Part shown: piece after piece, positions 62,278 through 64,000 of the stretch
How positions within the stretch are numbered: the stretch's first letter is position 1
Layout: the number at the start of each line of letters is the position of its first letter
Source: Podarcis erhardii
Lineage: Eukaryota
Assembly: GCA_964252035.1 (NCBI GenBank)
Contig: OZ176205.1
DNA: 64,000 bases
Strand: one strand, 5' to 3'
Notes under the pieces: generated by a model
Databases searched by the model: none
Told to the model about the DNA's origin: nothing
Seen by the model: only the letters and a program-made list of their open reading frames with translations
Position numbers and translations under genes: made by a program

Positions 62278-62804
62278 CTGAATGCGAAGTGATCAAAAGG
62301 AGCCAAAGCAGCAAGCAGCCATGCAGTCAAACACAAATGAAAACGAGAGAGAAAGAGACAGAGATTCAGAGGGAGGAAAAGAAACAACATTAGAAAACTT
62401 GTTACAAGAGAACTGAATTTTAGTGTTGCTGGTGTTGTCGCAGGGTGCCACGAAAATGCTTATACCCACCTTTTAATATAAACAGAAGGTAGACCACAAC
62501 CAATGTTGAGCAACATTGCGTTTAACACTTCTGCACATGCAAAATATTAAAAGTGATTATTCTGTGCTTGGTAGTAAAGCTGAAGGCCCTGTTTTCTTAT
62601 GAATATCATACTTTGGGGACTTGACCACCTTGTAATAACAGTACTTTGTACCTAAGAATATTGCATCCCATGTGAAAAATCTGTATTATTATTTCTTGCT
62701 CTTTCTTATTCTGCTTTTTATTTTTGCCACAAGAGGTCAGACTCTGCTGATATCTTTAGAGAGTTGCTCAGCAAAATAGAGGACACACATATATATTATA
62801 AGGG

Positions 62805-62899
62805 CAGCTTTCGCCAAGCTTGTGCCTGCAGTGTTAGCGGAGGCTGATGGGAGCTGTAGTCCAAAACACCTGAAGAGCACCAGGTTGGCATAGGCTGCA
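62805..62899. mobile_element. Degenerate hAT-type MITE of the same core family as 5671-5789 (ctgatgggagctgtagtccaaaac)
   Basis: Imperfect termini CAGCTTTCGCCAA and TTGGCATAGGCTG; related fragments near 775-860, 8938-9000, 25440-25505, 29960-30025 and 52275-52345; TSD not clear. Confidence 0.5.
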
Positions 62900-64000
62900 T
62901 TAAAACCTCTTTCACAGGCCCCGTGGTCATCACTGCATTCCTTTACACATTATGACACCCACGTCATTCATTTCGGTAGGGCTTGCACAGAAAAGCTTCC
63001 TAGTGGCTTGTTCTCAGAAAGCACATTTGGAAAAGGATTGCACTAATCCAAGGGTTCGAAATTCACCCCACAATTGCATTTTTGGTGGTGATGGTGGGGA
63101 GGGCAGGGGGTGGAGTCCAAGAATAAATTGATTTAACTTGGAAGAACACCATTTTGAGTTTAAGAAGTGCAGTTTTCAGATGCATTGCTGTTAAATTGTA
63201 TTGTAAGAATGTTTATAAACTGCCAAGTCATAAAAAAATACACGATGGTGCTATGCAATTATAGGGGTTTCACTTAACAACTGGGATGCCTATGGCCTGT
63301 GTTCTTCGAGAAATTTAATTCACCATAAAGTTTCACAAATTCAGCTGACAGCTTCAGAATCTGATCCTTTATTTCACTATGTGGGATACATTGGGTGGAG
63401 AGTTATCCTCTCCAAGCTCGCTTGTCAAAGCCTTATTTTTAAATTTGAATAATGGCAACAAACTTGTTTTTGAGGATGAACAACATCCTATCCACCCAAC
63501 CATTCATAACAAATTAGTTGTTGGAAGTCAACAACTCAAGTTGACTTTTTCCTGTGCATTCCAACATAATAAATCAGTTTTATGAATGCACACCAAGATT
63601 GTAGATCACCATCTCCTGCTCCAACCAATTTTTGGAAGCAATTTTTGAGAGACAGTGAATCACAGTTTAGACAAGTGCTAGAACTTTCTCAAGAATACTC
63701 GCACACACTGAAATGGCAGAAAAAGCCAACGTGCATGCAAAATGGCGGTGGCAATCAGCTTCCAGTTATAGATTGCAGCCTCAAGATAGCTGGGTCCTTT
63801 GCTCAGAAGGTGGTCAGAAAGCGGAGCGGGGGGGTGGGTGGGAATCTCTATATTGGAGATCAGTATCACAGAGGAACAGAAAATCAGGAGTGCATAGAAA
63901 ATAAAACGATAACTGGATAGAAGGCAAGTTTTCGCTTATTCAAATAATATTGTGAATTCCAGGTGTTTATGAGCTGATTATAAAGTGGTAATGATAAGCA

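Overview
Vertebrate genomic DNA from a squamate reptile, most likely a lacertid lizard, judged from the Sauria-type SINE, BovB and Tc1/mariner MITE content. The window holds the complete LIM-homeobox gene LHX8 on the + strand: 9 coding exons from ATG 19975 to TAA 40823, all introns GT-AG and phase-consistent, 1158 nt, 385 aa. It sits in a large CpG-rich, transposon-poor regulatory domain. Converging on it from the right is the 3' end of the choline transporter-like gene SLC44A5 (- strand), represented by two paralogous alternative terminal exons (62165-62277 and 57799-57905). The rest is intronic or intergenic DNA with SINE, LINE (BovB, L2, CR1) and hAT/Tc1-mariner MITE insertions, several nested and with intact target-site duplications. 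I found no bacterial-type system, CRISPR array or structural RNA gene. The most interesting unexplained signals are: (i) an LHX8 5' leader with a uORF whose stop lies inside an 81-nt GT-AG mini-intron, a start-stop element, and candidate alternative first exons in phase with exon 2; (ii) a CpG island 17 kb upstream with a multi-frame stop-codon desert and splice signals; (iii) five of eight LHX8 acceptors that regenerate a donor (AG|GT); (iv) three AGCACTTT miRNA seed sites downstream of the stop; (v) MITE hairpins with compensatory changes, including a perfect 35-bp stem. All regulatory interpretations are hypotheses from sequence alone.
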